A stretch of 64,000 nt of DNA. Origin: an uncultured Holosporaceae bacterium. GTDB taxonomy: Bacteria; Pseudomonadota; Alphaproteobacteria; UBA3830; CASESI01. The notes beneath the pieces were generated by a model. The model was not told the origin of the DNA. It did not search any database and saw only the letters and a program-made list of their open reading frames with translations. This document shows, piece after piece, positions 37,717 through 47,838 of this stretch. The stretch lies in assembly GCA_949290705.1 (NCBI GenBank), contig CASESI010000022.1, positions 199,921-263,920 of the forward strand, written 5' to 3'. A program made the position numbers and the translations under genes. Every line of letters begins with the position of its first letter. The first letter of the stretch is position 1.

Positions 37717-39510
37717 ATGAGGAAGATATTATTTTTTGCTATTTTTTTATATGGCGTTTTTTCAATAACTGATGTCGTTGATGAAACGGCTGAAGAAGCA
37801 TATTTATATAATCATATAAAAATAGGGGAGATTTTTTTAAAACACAATACTCCTATTGAAAGAATTCAGTATTTAATAATGGTATTGCAAAATTTGGCAG
37901 AATTAAATCAAAATTCTCTATTTGAAGGACCTGCAGATGATTTAGGTGATGCGTTCAAGAATGAAAATGGAAAGTATAAGTTAGATTGTAATTATGAAGT
38001 ACTAAAAAGATTGCTGCTGTGCGGGAATTATTTTGATGTAAAGGAAGTTGTGGAAAGCACAAAAGTTTTGTTGTCAGAATGTGGAATTGAATGGATTGTT
38101 AAATCTTCAAGTGTTTTAAAAGAAGTAATACAAACGTCGTATATTAATGAATTGGGACAAGTATTGTACGAATTAAACAAATTGAATAGTTGTTTACTTG
38201 AATATAATACAAAAATATATTTAAATTATGCAACACAATGGGAAAATTTAGGATATATTATTAACGATTTAAGTCAATTGCGTCAGGACTTATTAGATTT
38301 AAGGTCACAGTATAAGGATGCGATAAAAGAGGAAGAAAAGAAAAAAAAACAATACAGACAAATTGCTGCAATCCAAGAAAAAGTTAAAAACATAATGGAT
38401 TGTATTAATGGAAATGACGATTGTTCTTCTAAAATGAGAGATATAGCAAGTATTCCAAGTTTGCTGTTACAATTTAAAGATATTGATGAATCGATAGTTT
38501 ATGAAACAATTTCCCAAAATAGGAAAGATTTTTGTAAGTTAGGATTTTATTTTAATGATAAAGAAGTAAGATTTGATTACCAGGTTATAGTAGACAAAAT
38601 TGAAGCAATAATCGAAACTTATAGAAAGTCAATTACAGTAGAGAATTTACAAGAATGGAAAGATAAATTATTAAAAGCGTATGAATGTATAGCACCTGAA
38701 TGCCCTGAAATGGAGAAAGTATTTGATAAGGAAATAGAAAGGAGAGAAATAGAAAACAATGAATTAATTAACCATATTGCAGAAAAAGAAAAAGCAATGG
38801 TGAACTATTTGGTGAATAGAGAAATAGAATTAAAAATAACAAGAGAAAGATCCATTAGGAAGGCTGAAAAAAATAAAAGAAAACTTGAAACAAAAGAGAA
38901 GAAAGAAAAACGAACTGCGACATACAGAGATGCGGAATTAAGGAATGCTCGTAAAAAGGCAGAAAAAAGGTATTTAAAGATGATTAGTAAAGAGTCTATT
39001 ATGGGAACAGAAAAATTGTTCATTCCGCCAATATTTGCAGATGATGATTTTGTAGAAGAAGAACGTCTCAAGTTAGAGGAAGAGAAATTAGAGAAAATAG
39101 AAAAAGAAAGAATTAAAATTCAAAAAGAGTTAAATTGTAAAATAAAAGAATCAGGTAATGATAAAAGGTTAGTGGTAGCTGAAGATAAAATAAAGCGATT
39201 GAATGTTACAAAGAATAGAACTATGAAGGTAAGACAACAAAGTACTGAAAGGAAAGTACCTAATAGAGGAAGTGATGTAATTGAAAGTAAGAAAATATCT
39301 AATAGGAAATTTGTTGCACAAACTACTAATATTAAGACCAACAGTAGTTCAAATGTACTGAATAAAGGTAATGTTATAAAGGATAGTAAAAATAACTTAC
39401 GTTACATTGGAATGAGAAGTACGAATGTCGACGGCAAAATAATCTTACCAGAAGAGTATATAAAGCTTCCATTGTCTGTACAGAAGGAATATACGACATA
39501 TGAGGAATAA
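37717..39510 (+). CDS. Hypothetical secreted coiled-coil protein (K/E/R-rich)
   Basis: 597 aa. The N-terminus MRKILFFAIFLYGVFSIT looks like a signal peptide. There are long charged heptad regions (KAEKNKRKLETKEKKEKR). Confidence 0.6.
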   Translation: MRKILFFAIFLYGVFSITDVVDETAEEAYLYNHIKIGEIFLKHNTPIERIQYLIMVLQNLAELNQNSLFEGPADDLGDAFKNENGKYKLDCNYEVLKRLLLCGNYFDVKEVVESTKVLLSECGIEWIVKSSSVLKEVIQTSYINELGQVLYELNKLNSCLLEYNTKIYLNYATQWENLGYIINDLSQLRQDLLDLRSQYKDAIKEEEKKKKQYRQIAAIQEKVKNIMDCINGNDDCSSKMRDIASIPSLLLQFKDIDESIVYETISQNRKDFCKLGFYFNDKEVRFDYQVIVDKIEAIIETYRKSITVENLQEWKDKLLKAYECIAPECPEMEKVFDKEIERREIENNELINHIAEKEKAMVNYLVNREIELKITRERSIRKAEKNKRKLETKEKKEKRTATYRDAELRNARKKAEKRYLKMISKESIMGTEKLFIPPIFADDDFVEEERLKLEEEKLEKIEKERIKIQKELNCKIKESGNDKRLVVAEDKIKRLNVTKNRTMKVRQQSTERKVPNRGSDVIESKKISNRKFVAQTTNIKTNSSSNVLNKGNVIKDSKNNLRYIGMRSTNVDGKIILPEEYIKLPLSVQKEYTTYEE

Positions 39511-39621
39511 TTATTCTAAAAAGTAATTTAAATGCCAAATTTTTTTGTGTACGAATATAAATTCTAATTTTTATTTCTTCTTCGTTCATATATGGTATAA
39601 TGGTACAGTTTGGGATTTCTT

Positions 39622-39984
39622 ATGTTTACATTCTTTTTGATAATGCATTTTATTCTTGCAATTTTGATGATTTTGTTGATAGTGGTTCAGAAAAAAGATT
39701 CAGATGGCGGTGCAATAGGATTTGGCGGAGGCTCAAGTGGGGCATTTACTCCTAGGGGAGAAGCAAATATTTTGACGAAAGGAACATATATTTTAGCATG
39801 TTTGTTTTTTCTTAATTGTTTGATTATTGCAAAGCTTGTTGATCATAATGTGGATAAAAAAGGATCATTATTGAAAAATGTTGCTGAAAACACCTATGTA
39901 GGCGATGAAAGTGATTCTAAAATATCCGTGGAGCAGACTTCCACGGTGAAAGATGGGAATGAATCAGATGTAAAGAAAAAGTAA
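39622..39984 (+). CDS. secG: Preprotein translocase subunit SecG
   Basis: It has two TM helices flanking the Gly-rich loop GGAIGFGGGSSGAF. ATG 39622 is preferred to TTG 39610. The C-terminal tail is extended and acidic. Confidence 0.85.
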   Translation: MFTFFLIMHFILAILMILLIVVQKKDSDGGAIGFGGGSSGAFTPRGEANILTKGTYILACLFFLNCLIIAKLVDHNVDKKGSLLKNVAENTYVGDESDSKISVEQTSTVKDGNESDVKKK

Positions 39985-40044
39985 AGCAGATTAGTTTTTT
40001 CTTTATTATTATTTTTTTACTGTAAAATGTTGATGGGTTTTTTT

Positions 40045-41628
40045 ATGAGTGCTAGGTTTATATTTATAACAGGCGGGGTCGTATCGTCTCTCGGTAAGGG
40101 GGTGTCAGTTGCCTCAATTGGAACGCTTTTACAAAATAAAGGATTTAAAATCAAACTTAGAAAGTTAGATCCGTATCTTAATGTTGATCCAGGAACATTG
40201 AACCCTTATGAACATGGGGAGGTATTTATAACGAAAGATGGTGGAGAAACAGATCTTGATTTGGGGCATTATGAAAGGTTTACAAATATTTCAACTTCTA
40301 AGTATGATAATACAACGAGTGGTAGGATTTACTCTTCTGTTATTCATGCAGAAAGATGTGGTGAGTATTTAGGAAAAACAGTTCAGGTTATTCCACATAT
40401 TACAGATGCTATAAAAAATTTTATTTTACGTGATGCAGATAATTATGATTTTGTAATTTCGGAAATAGGTGGAACAATTGGAGATATAGAAAGTTTGCCA
40501 TTCTTAGAAGCGATTCGACAACTAAAGAATGATTTAGGACAAGAAATGGTTTTAAATATACATTTAACGTTACTTCCATATATAGAATCTGCCGGAGAAA
40601 TGAAAACGAAGCCTACTCAGAATTCAATCAAAAGTTTATTATCCATAGGTATACAAGCTGACATGATACTGTGTAGAACGGTAAAACATATGACAGATGA
40701 TATACGTACAAAAATCTCACATTTTTGCAATGTTTCTAAGAACCGTATATTTGAAGCAATTGATACAAATTTGATATATAAAATACCTGTTTTATTTAAA
40801 AATCAAAAACTTGATGATGAAATTTTAAAATTTTTTCAAATCACGGAAAAATATGACAATGATTTGAAAGATTTACGTGCGTTTGTTGATAAGTTTGAGA
40901 ATCTAGGTGATGATGAAATTAGTATAGGAATTTTTGGAAAATATATAGATTTACAGGATTCTTATAAGTCTCTGCATGAAGCGTTGCGAAACACAGGGAT
41001 TGCAATGAATAAAAGAGTAAATATTATATCTTTTAATACTGAGGATTTCGATGAAGAACAATTTAAAAATATTGCTGGTGTAGTAATTCCGGGTGGTTTT
41101 GGGGCAAGAGGGGTTGAAGGTAAAATTCAAGCTATTAAATTTGCACGTGAGCATGATATTCCATGTTTAGGGATATGTTTTGGAATGCAGTTGATGCTTA
41201 TAGAGTTTGCTAGAAATGTTTTGGGATTTAATGACGCAAATTCGACGGAAATTGATCCAGCAACCTCTTATCCTGTGATTAATTTATTATCAATGACAAA
41301 AGATGCTTCTGAGTTAGGTGGAAGCATGAGACTCGGGGATATGATCTGTAATATCAAAAAAGACACAAAACTTTTTGACATATATAAAGAGTCTTCAGTT
41401 TATGAAAGATTTAGACACAGATATGGATTTGATAAAAGGTACATTTCGGATTTTGAAAATCAAGGTGTTGTATTTTCAGGTTTCGATGATAGTAATGTTG
41501 TTGAAGCAATAGAATTGTCAAATAAAAAATGGTTCATAGGTGTACAATATCATCCTGAATTTAACTCAACTCCATTAAGTCCAAGTCCTTTGTTTAAATC
41601 TTTCTTATCAGCAATAACAAATAGATAA
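40045..41628 (+). CDS. pyrG: CTP synthase
   Basis: The Met7 start gives MSARFIFITGGVVSSLGKG. The GATase triad region GICFGMQ and HPEF is present. Confidence 0.96.
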   Translation: MSARFIFITGGVVSSLGKGVSVASIGTLLQNKGFKIKLRKLDPYLNVDPGTLNPYEHGEVFITKDGGETDLDLGHYERFTNISTSKYDNTTSGRIYSSVIHAERCGEYLGKTVQVIPHITDAIKNFILRDADNYDFVISEIGGTIGDIESLPFLEAIRQLKNDLGQEMVLNIHLTLLPYIESAGEMKTKPTQNSIKSLLSIGIQADMILCRTVKHMTDDIRTKISHFCNVSKNRIFEAIDTNLIYKIPVLFKNQKLDDEILKFFQITEKYDNDLKDLRAFVDKFENLGDDEISIGIFGKYIDLQDSYKSLHEALRNTGIAMNKRVNIISFNTEDFDEEQFKNIAGVVIPGGFGARGVEGKIQAIKFAREHDIPCLGICFGMQLMLIEFARNVLGFNDANSTEIDPATSYPVINLLSMTKDASELGGSMRLGDMICNIKKDTKLFDIYKESSVYERFRHRYGFDKRYISDFENQGVVFSGFDDSNVVEAIELSNKKWFIGVQYHPEFNSTPLSPSPLFKSFLSAITNR

Positions 41629-41629
41629 G

Positions 41630-42556
41630 TTACTTCCTTACAAGAAATATTTTTCTATTTTTACTTTTTCTTTTAAGAAAAAGGTTTCTCTTGTAATTCT
41701 GTTTTCTATTATGTGTAATAGTGGGAAGTGTTTTATTATGATTGACAAACCTTATAGATGAATTTGGGTTTTTAATATTAAACCCTTGCGCAAGAAGCTT
41801 TTTTACGGTTTTAGATCTTTCTAAAGCACTATTCGCACCAGTAACAATTGCTAATAATCTTTTTCCATTTTTTACAGCTGAGACTACTATATTAAATCCA
41901 GAAAGATAAGTATATCCTGTTTTTATACCGTCTATGAAGATCCCACAACTGTATGATCCTATCATGTTGTTATGATTAATATGAGTTGTTCCATTATATT
42001 TAAATGATTTTGTCTTGAACCATGAATATTTTTCTGGAAAGCTTTTCATCATACATAAAGACAATTTTGCTAAATCCCTTCCTGTTGTATACTGATTTTT
42101 ATGAAATAATCCGGATGCATTTTCGAAATGAGAATTAGTGAGGCCTATTCTTGTGGCATAGGTATTCATTAGTTTTGCAAACTCTTTCTCATTTCCAGCA
42201 ATTTTTTCTGCAAGTGCGCAAGCTACATTGTTGGCTGATTTTGTAATTAACGCTATGATAGCGTCTTTCACAGATATTGTTTTTCCACTCGCGATGTTCA
42301 ACTTGCTAGGTGGTTTTCTATTAGCATTATTTGAAATTTTTATTTTATCGTATAAATGTAGTTTTCCTTCTTCAATTTTTTTGAATGTAATTAACAAAAG
42401 CATTATTTTTGTTAAAGATGCTGGATAGATTCTTTCGTCAATGTTTTTGGAAGATAAAACTTTAAAAGTATCAAAATCTACTAATACCTCAGTTTTGATA
42501 GGAGACGATGACAAAACCCCTAATAATAGAGAAAACAAACACAAATTCTTTAACAT
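41630..42556 (-). CDS. D-alanyl-D-alanine carboxypeptidase (S11 family), copy 2
   Basis: It has SLTKIMLLL (SxxK), SANN (SxN) and KTGYT (KTG). The internal Met41 start gives the signal peptide MLKNLCLFSLLLGVLSS and removes the overlap with potA. Confidence 0.88.
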   Translation of the reverse strand: MLKNLCLFSLLLGVLSSSPIKTEVLVDFDTFKVLSSKNIDERIYPASLTKIMLLLITFKKIEEGKLHLYDKIKISNNANRKPPSKLNIASGKTISVKDAIIALITKSANNVACALAEKIAGNEKEFAKLMNTYATRIGLTNSHFENASGLFHKNQYTTGRDLAKLSLCMMKSFPEKYSWFKTKSFKYNGTTHINHNNMIGSYSCGIFIDGIKTGYTYLSGFNIVVSAVKNGKRLLAIVTGANSALERSKTVKKLLAQGFNIKNPNSSIRFVNHNKTLPTITHNRKQNYKRNLFLKRKSKNRKIFLVRK

Positions 42557-42623
42557 ACAATAAAAACAATACCAACGTAACTGTATCGCATTATACAACA
42601 GAAATATTAAAGAATGATAAAAA

Positions 42624-43784
42624 TTATATGGAAAGTAATACAGAATTAGAAGGTGACCAATATATAAATACTTCATCCTTCCATGTAATCGGCATTTCGG
42701 ATTTTCTCACAAAGTTGGCCATTGTTGCGAGTGCGATTTTTCCTGATGGAAGAGATACATGGTATACAGACACATCACCTAAATATTCTATATCTTCCAC
42801 TATGCCTTTCGCGCAATTCGAAGTTACGTCGACAGGTAAATGCTTTGATATGCATATTTTTTCTGGTCTGATCGCTACATTGACATGCGATCCTATTGCA
42901 ACGGAAGAAGTGTTTTTTATAATAATATTTGATGAAACCTCCTTAGATTCTATTATAAAATCACCGTTTTGTTCTTCTGTTATAATGCCATCGAAAAAGT
43001 TCATCGATCCAATAAAATCAGCGACATATTTAGAGTTTGGGAACTCATATAATTCAGATGGGGTACCAACTTGTATTGCTTGTCCATCCTTCATAATACA
43101 TATTCTTGAGGACATAGTCATTGCCTCTTCTTGATCATGTGAAACCATTACGAATGTAATTCCTAAATCTTCTTGAATGTTTACTATTTCAAGTTGAGTA
43201 ATTTCTCTCAGTTTTTTATCAAGAGCAGCCAAAGGTTCGTCTAGTAGCAGTAATTTTGGTTTTTTCACAAGACTTCTTGCAAGTGCGACTCTCTGCCTTT
43301 GCCCTCCAGATAATTGGTCGGGTTTTCTATCTTTAAATTCGTTCATATGAACAAGATCAAGCATTTCACGTACTCTTATTTTTATGGAATTTGTATCAAT
43401 TTTTTCCTGCTTTAACCCGAATGCTACATTTTCGAAAACTGACATGTGCGGGAATAAGGCATATGATTGAAAGACCATGCTAACGGGGCGTTTATATGCT
43501 GGGATATGAGTGACGTCAACTCCATCAATAAAAATATTTCCGCTATCAGGGTATTCTAATCCAGCGAGCATTCTCAAAAGAGTTGTTTTGCCACATCCAG
43601 ACGCTCCGAGCAATGAGAATAATTCAGTCTTATAGACAGATAGGTTAAGGTTATCAATTATAGTATTCCCATCGAAAGATTTATATAAATTTCTTATTTC
43701 TATGTATGGTGCTTCCTCTATATCTTGCCAAACTTCGAGTTTCTTTAACTCTTGCCTTTTTTGTTTGTTGTTAACGTAAATCAT
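42624..43784 (-). CDS. potA: ABC transporter ATPase, PotA-like (spermidine/putrescine type)
   Basis: 386 aa. It has Walker A GASGCGKTT, signature LSGGQRQRVALARSL, Walker B LLLLDEPLAALD and a C-terminal TOBE-like domain. No permease or binding-protein genes are adjacent. Confidence 0.8.
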   Translation of the reverse strand: MIYVNNKQKRQELKKLEVWQDIEEAPYIEIRNLYKSFDGNTIIDNLNLSVYKTELFSLLGASGCGKTTLLRMLAGLEYPDSGNIFIDGVDVTHIPAYKRPVSMVFQSYALFPHMSVFENVAFGLKQEKIDTNSIKIRVREMLDLVHMNEFKDRKPDQLSGGQRQRVALARSLVKKPKLLLLDEPLAALDKKLREITQLEIVNIQEDLGITFVMVSHDQEEAMTMSSRICIMKDGQAIQVGTPSELYEFPNSKYVADFIGSMNFFDGIITEEQNGDFIIESKEVSSNIIIKNTSSVAIGSHVNVAIRPEKICISKHLPVDVTSNCAKGIVEDIEYLGDVSVYHVSLPSGKIALATMANFVRKSEMPITWKDEVFIYWSPSNSVLLSI

Positions 43785-43829
43785 TCGAATAGTTTACCAA
43801 AAACAATAGGAAAAAAATAAAATTAAAAT

Positions 43830-45059
43830 TTATTTTGTTGGTTTATTATGAATATATCGTATTGTTAGGAAAATTCCAATAATAATAATTATATTAAGAC
43901 TTGATAAAGCAAAGGAATAGTCATCAGCAGAATAAACTCTTATTCCAATTTCATTAAGTTGACCATTCCATTTTATATCCATTAATCCTCCAACAAGTTG
44001 TTGCCCAATAGCAGCTCCTATTGCATTTAATGTGTTCAGGATACCGATTATAATTCCTGAATTAGTCGAATCAGAATACGCCATTCCGCCAGTAAAACAG
44101 AACAGCTCTATACCACATAGGAAGCCGATCAGAGGTAATATTATGGACATACAAGGTAATGTATCGCTATAAAGAACAACTGACATTAATATGACGATAA
44201 TAGCTGGAATCACTATCAAAGATTCTCTAACCTTTTTGGCAAACATTCCAGGTAATAAAGTATTACCAAATAGCATACCAAGATATAGCATTGTTATTCC
44301 ATATGCAGCGTGTTCGGTGGTCATACCGTATTTTGTAGTAAAGAAACCAGTTGCCCAAAAATCTGCTAGAACAGAAATAGGAGTATAAATTCCAATTGAA
44401 ATAATACCGAACATCCATACCATTTTATTGGTAAACCCGTACTTTAACCCTGCTTTGATTAATGAAACGTCTAAATTTTTTGATTGTTCTTTTTCCTCGA
44501 ATATTAAAGAAATCAAAACAACAGCAAATGATATCCATCCCAAAATAGATGCAAAGTACACGGATTTAACAACACCACAAGATGCTATCAGATCAGCCAA
44601 CGGTTGACCGGCAAATACGGCACCAAAACATCCAATAGATGCAGTAAAGCCGGTGAAAAGTCCGACTTTATTACTTGGAAACATATCAGTCACAATTTTC
44701 AAAGTACATAGAAAGCTGCATGCTGATCCGAGTCCTTGAAGTATCCTACTCAATTGCAATAAATAAAAGTTTGTTGTATGAACAAAGAGATAGGATGATA
44801 AAATACATGTCGCTATCGAAATAAGAGTTATTTTTTTCACACCAAGTTTATCTGCTAATAACCCAACAGGAATTTGTACCAATGAATATGCGTATAAATA
44901 AAATGCTCCTAATGTAGCAAATTGATTAGCGCTCAATTGAAAACTAGATACTAGATCGTTGATAATAACATTTGGTAAAATACGAATTATGTACTGATAA
45001 AAATAGAATAATGCAACGGCACCCCATAAAATAAAGTGTTCATTTTTTTTTGATAACAT
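43830..45059 (-). CDS. MFS transporter
   Basis: 409 aa with a 12-TM pattern and the loop motif VGLLADKLGVKK. Confidence 0.8.
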   Translation of the reverse strand: MLSKKNEHFILWGAVALFYFYQYIIRILPNVIINDLVSSFQLSANQFATLGAFYLYAYSLVQIPVGLLADKLGVKKITLISIATCILSSYLFVHTTNFYLLQLSRILQGLGSACSFLCTLKIVTDMFPSNKVGLFTGFTASIGCFGAVFAGQPLADLIASCGVVKSVYFASILGWISFAVVLISLIFEEKEQSKNLDVSLIKAGLKYGFTNKMVWMFGIISIGIYTPISVLADFWATGFFTTKYGMTTEHAAYGITMLYLGMLFGNTLLPGMFAKKVRESLIVIPAIIVILMSVVLYSDTLPCMSIILPLIGFLCGIELFCFTGGMAYSDSTNSGIIIGILNTLNAIGAAIGQQLVGGLMDIKWNGQLNEIGIRVYSADDYSFALSSLNIIIIIGIFLTIRYIHNKPTK

Positions 45060-45211
45060 AATCTGTTCCCTTAACTATTTTAAATACTAGTATATAATTT
45101 AATGGAAGTCCAGCTTTAATTGAGTTGTAGAAAATTCAGAAATTTTTATTTCTGTTTACTTTTTGTTCATAATTACCCTTTTAGTATGTTGATAATATTT
45201 TGGTATTTGAT

Positions 45212-46621
45212 ATGAAAAAAATATTATTGTTAACTTGTATGTTTTGTAGTTTATATGAAGCAAAAACTCCAAGCATAAAATCTTTAAATAAAGAAATTAA
45301 TTTACTAAAAAAAGAGATTAATCAATTGAAAATGCAAAGAAGTGTTTCTATACCTAATGAATCGACAATTGAAATAGATCCGCAAAATGATCAACAACTT
45401 GCTGAGAAAGAAAATGTAAAAGATGAGAAAATTACTCTTAAAGATAAATTGCATATGCATGGACACATAAAGGTATTGGCTTTGCATGATATGAGCGAGA
45501 TAGGTGAAAAATTCAATAGGGATTATTCTTATGCTGTACAATTACTTTACAAGGATGATCCAGAAGCACGATATGGACACGAGACGCGTATGCATGCAAA
45601 AGAATCAAAAATAGTGTTTACATACAATGATACGATTAGGTTAATTGGTAAAGATATTCCAGTTGCTACATATATAGATTTTGATCTTTATAACGGTAAA
45701 GAAGGTAACGGACTATTTACGCATTCTCACCAGCCTAGAATCAGAAGTGGATATATTGATGTTGGTAATTTCAGAATAGGATTAGCATGGACATTATTTA
45801 TGGATTTAGAAAATTTCCCACAAGCTATCGATTTTGGTAATTCTACTGGAGAATCATTATTAAGACAGCCTCAAATTAGATATACACACCATTATAATGA
45901 TAATTGGTCATTTGCTGCGTCTTTAGAAAATTCGGATTCCGCATATATTAAAAAAGATGGTACAAAAACTTTTTCATTTACACTTGGCGGAGAGGGAAAA
46001 AAATATTCGAATAGTTCAATTCCAGATATCGTAATGGCAATGAGGTATAAAAATGATAAAATTAATACAGGGCTCAGAGGTGTAATTACACATGCTCGTA
46101 CATATGAATTAGGAAAGAAACTTGAAAAATATGGATGCGGTATAGGTTGGTCAGGTGGTTACACATTCTCTAATAAAGATCGTATTTTTGCTCATTTTAA
46201 TTTTGGTAAAGGTATGGGAAGATACTTGCATGATGCGGCGGATAGTGGATTTTTCTTAGATGAGCATGGTAAAAAAATATATAGACACAAAGTATATGGA
46301 TTTGTTGCATGCTATAAACATCATTGGAAGAGTGATTTGTTATCAAATTTCAATTTTGGATATACAAAAATAAAATTACATGACCATATACTAGATCAAT
46401 TGGATCCAGCAGCTGGAGCTGATAATAGAGCCTTTAAGTTTTTTGATCATTTAGTTACGATGCATGCAAACTTAATTTGGAATCCTGCTAATAATTTTGA
46501 AATGGGACTTGAATATTTACACATTCATAAGTTTAAAGCAAAGTTTACGCATCTCACAAAAGTTCCAGCATGTAATGCGTATACAAATAGAGTTATTGCA
46601 AGTATAAAAATTTCTTTCTAA
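45212..46621 (+). CDS. Outer-membrane porin-like beta-barrel with an N-terminal coiled coil (DcaP-like architecture)
   Basis: It has the signal peptide MKKILLLTCMFCSLYEA and the coiled coil LNKEINLLKKEINQLKMQ. About 400 aa of strand-like pattern follow, ending ASIKISF. ATG 45212 is preferred to TTG 45200. Confidence 0.65.
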   Translation: MKKILLLTCMFCSLYEAKTPSIKSLNKEINLLKKEINQLKMQRSVSIPNESTIEIDPQNDQQLAEKENVKDEKITLKDKLHMHGHIKVLALHDMSEIGEKFNRDYSYAVQLLYKDDPEARYGHETRMHAKESKIVFTYNDTIRLIGKDIPVATYIDFDLYNGKEGNGLFTHSHQPRIRSGYIDVGNFRIGLAWTLFMDLENFPQAIDFGNSTGESLLRQPQIRYTHHYNDNWSFAASLENSDSAYIKKDGTKTFSFTLGGEGKKYSNSSIPDIVMAMRYKNDKINTGLRGVITHARTYELGKKLEKYGCGIGWSGGYTFSNKDRIFAHFNFGKGMGRYLHDAADSGFFLDEHGKKIYRHKVYGFVACYKHHWKSDLLSNFNFGYTKIKLHDHILDQLDPAAGADNRAFKFFDHLVTMHANLIWNPANNFEMGLEYLHIHKFKAKFTHLTKVPACNAYTNRVIASIKISF

Positions 46622-47751
46622 TTTTCTTTTATATTTGTTGGTAATTCAATTGTTACCAGCGTACCTTTTAGTAATTCACTTTCTATTTTTATTGTTCCAT
46701 GATGAGAATTTTCAAAAACTTGTCTAGCATATGTAAGCCCCATTCCTTTATGATTGTTTTTTGTTGAAAAAAAAGGATTAAACAATTTTAAAATTGCTGA
46801 ATTTTGGATTCCAACTCCGTTATCTCGTACAAGAATGATATAGTGATTATCTTTTAAAATACCATTTATTTCTATTGTTCCTGCAAAGTTAGAATCGTTC
46901 CTTTCAAATATTGACTCATATGAGTTAATGATTATATTAGCAAATGCTTTTTGAAACTTTAAGCGGTCTATTTTTATTTTGTAGTTGTACATATTATCGA
47001 AAATTCTAATTTTACATAAAGAGTTAAATTTTAAATTATCCCTTATAGTTGATATACTTTCACGCACAACATCAGAAATGCTTATTAATTGAAAATTAGG
47101 TTCACCTAGTGTCGTTTGTTCTATCATAAAATTTAGGATGTTACATGCAGAATCAGCATATTGGTGAATTTTTTGTAGTTTTTCGGCTATATTGTTCTCA
47201 TGACAGGATTTCATTAAAGTTGTTGATGTATTCAATATATAGTTAAATTGATCTTTGATTTCGTTCGCGAGATTCATTGAAAGTTCTTGTGAAATTTTTA
47301 ATCTTTCATTATAAAAAAAATTATTTTTATCATGCTCTATGGCATTATGTTGGTTATTAAAATTTTCGAATATAGTGCTCATAATGATACAAGATTTCAT
47401 ACGAGCACGGAAATAAGCCGGATTTATTGGCATTTCAAATGTGTCAATTGCGCCAAGTTCTATTATAATAAATTTTTCACGTTCAGAAATTTGTTTTCCA
47501 TATGCAATTAATGGAATGAGGTTGGTGTTAGGGTTATTCTTTATGTCTAAAATAAAATTTTGTATGTTTTTAGATATTGACTTCGTATTAAAAAAAATTA
47601 TTGAGATATTTTGTTTTTGAAATATATTATCAAGGTTTTTGTCTGATTCAGATTCAATTACTTCATATTCATTAGTCTCGTTTAAGCATAATGATTTTAT
47701 ATAAGAGCGATTTTCTGAATTATTGTCAATAATTAGTATGTTATGAGGCAT
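46618..47751 (-). CDS. Receiver-like / histidine-kinase-like hybrid with an intact ATPase domain but substituted phospho-sites
   Basis: 377 aa. The REC-like N-terminus (ILIIDNN, IIFFNTK, FEMPI) lacks the phospho-Asp and the conserved Lys. The DHp helix reads LANEIKDQF where LAHEIKNPL is expected. The CA domain N, G1 (DNGVGI), F (FNPFFSTK) and G2 (GMGLTYA) boxes are intact. Confidence 0.8.
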   Translation of the reverse strand: MPHNILIIDNNSENRSYIKSLCLNETNEYEVIESESDKNLDNIFQKQNISIIFFNTKSISKNIQNFILDIKNNPNTNLIPLIAYGKQISEREKFIIIELGAIDTFEMPINPAYFRARMKSCIIMSTIFENFNNQHNAIEHDKNNFFYNERLKISQELSMNLANEIKDQFNYILNTSTTLMKSCHENNIAEKLQKIHQYADSACNILNFMIEQTTLGEPNFQLISISDVVRESISTIRDNLKFNSLCKIRIFDNMYNYKIKIDRLKFQKAFANIIINSYESIFERNDSNFAGTIEINGILKDNHYIILVRDNGVGIQNSAILKLFNPFFSTKNNHKGMGLTYARQVFENSHHGTIKIESELLKGTLVTIELPTNIKEN

Positions 47752-47838
47752 AATAACAATATACTATAATAAAATAAATTTTTCGTTAACGGAAATTTTA
47801 CTATTTGTTAGTATAATAAATATAACGGGGGTTTTGTT

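Noticed and set aside
42508-43134. 208-aa plus-strand ORF overlapping potA and the DD-carboxypeptidase 5' end
   Set aside because: It is antisense to a clear ABC ATPase with intact Walker and signature motifs. It has no recognisable motifs of its own.
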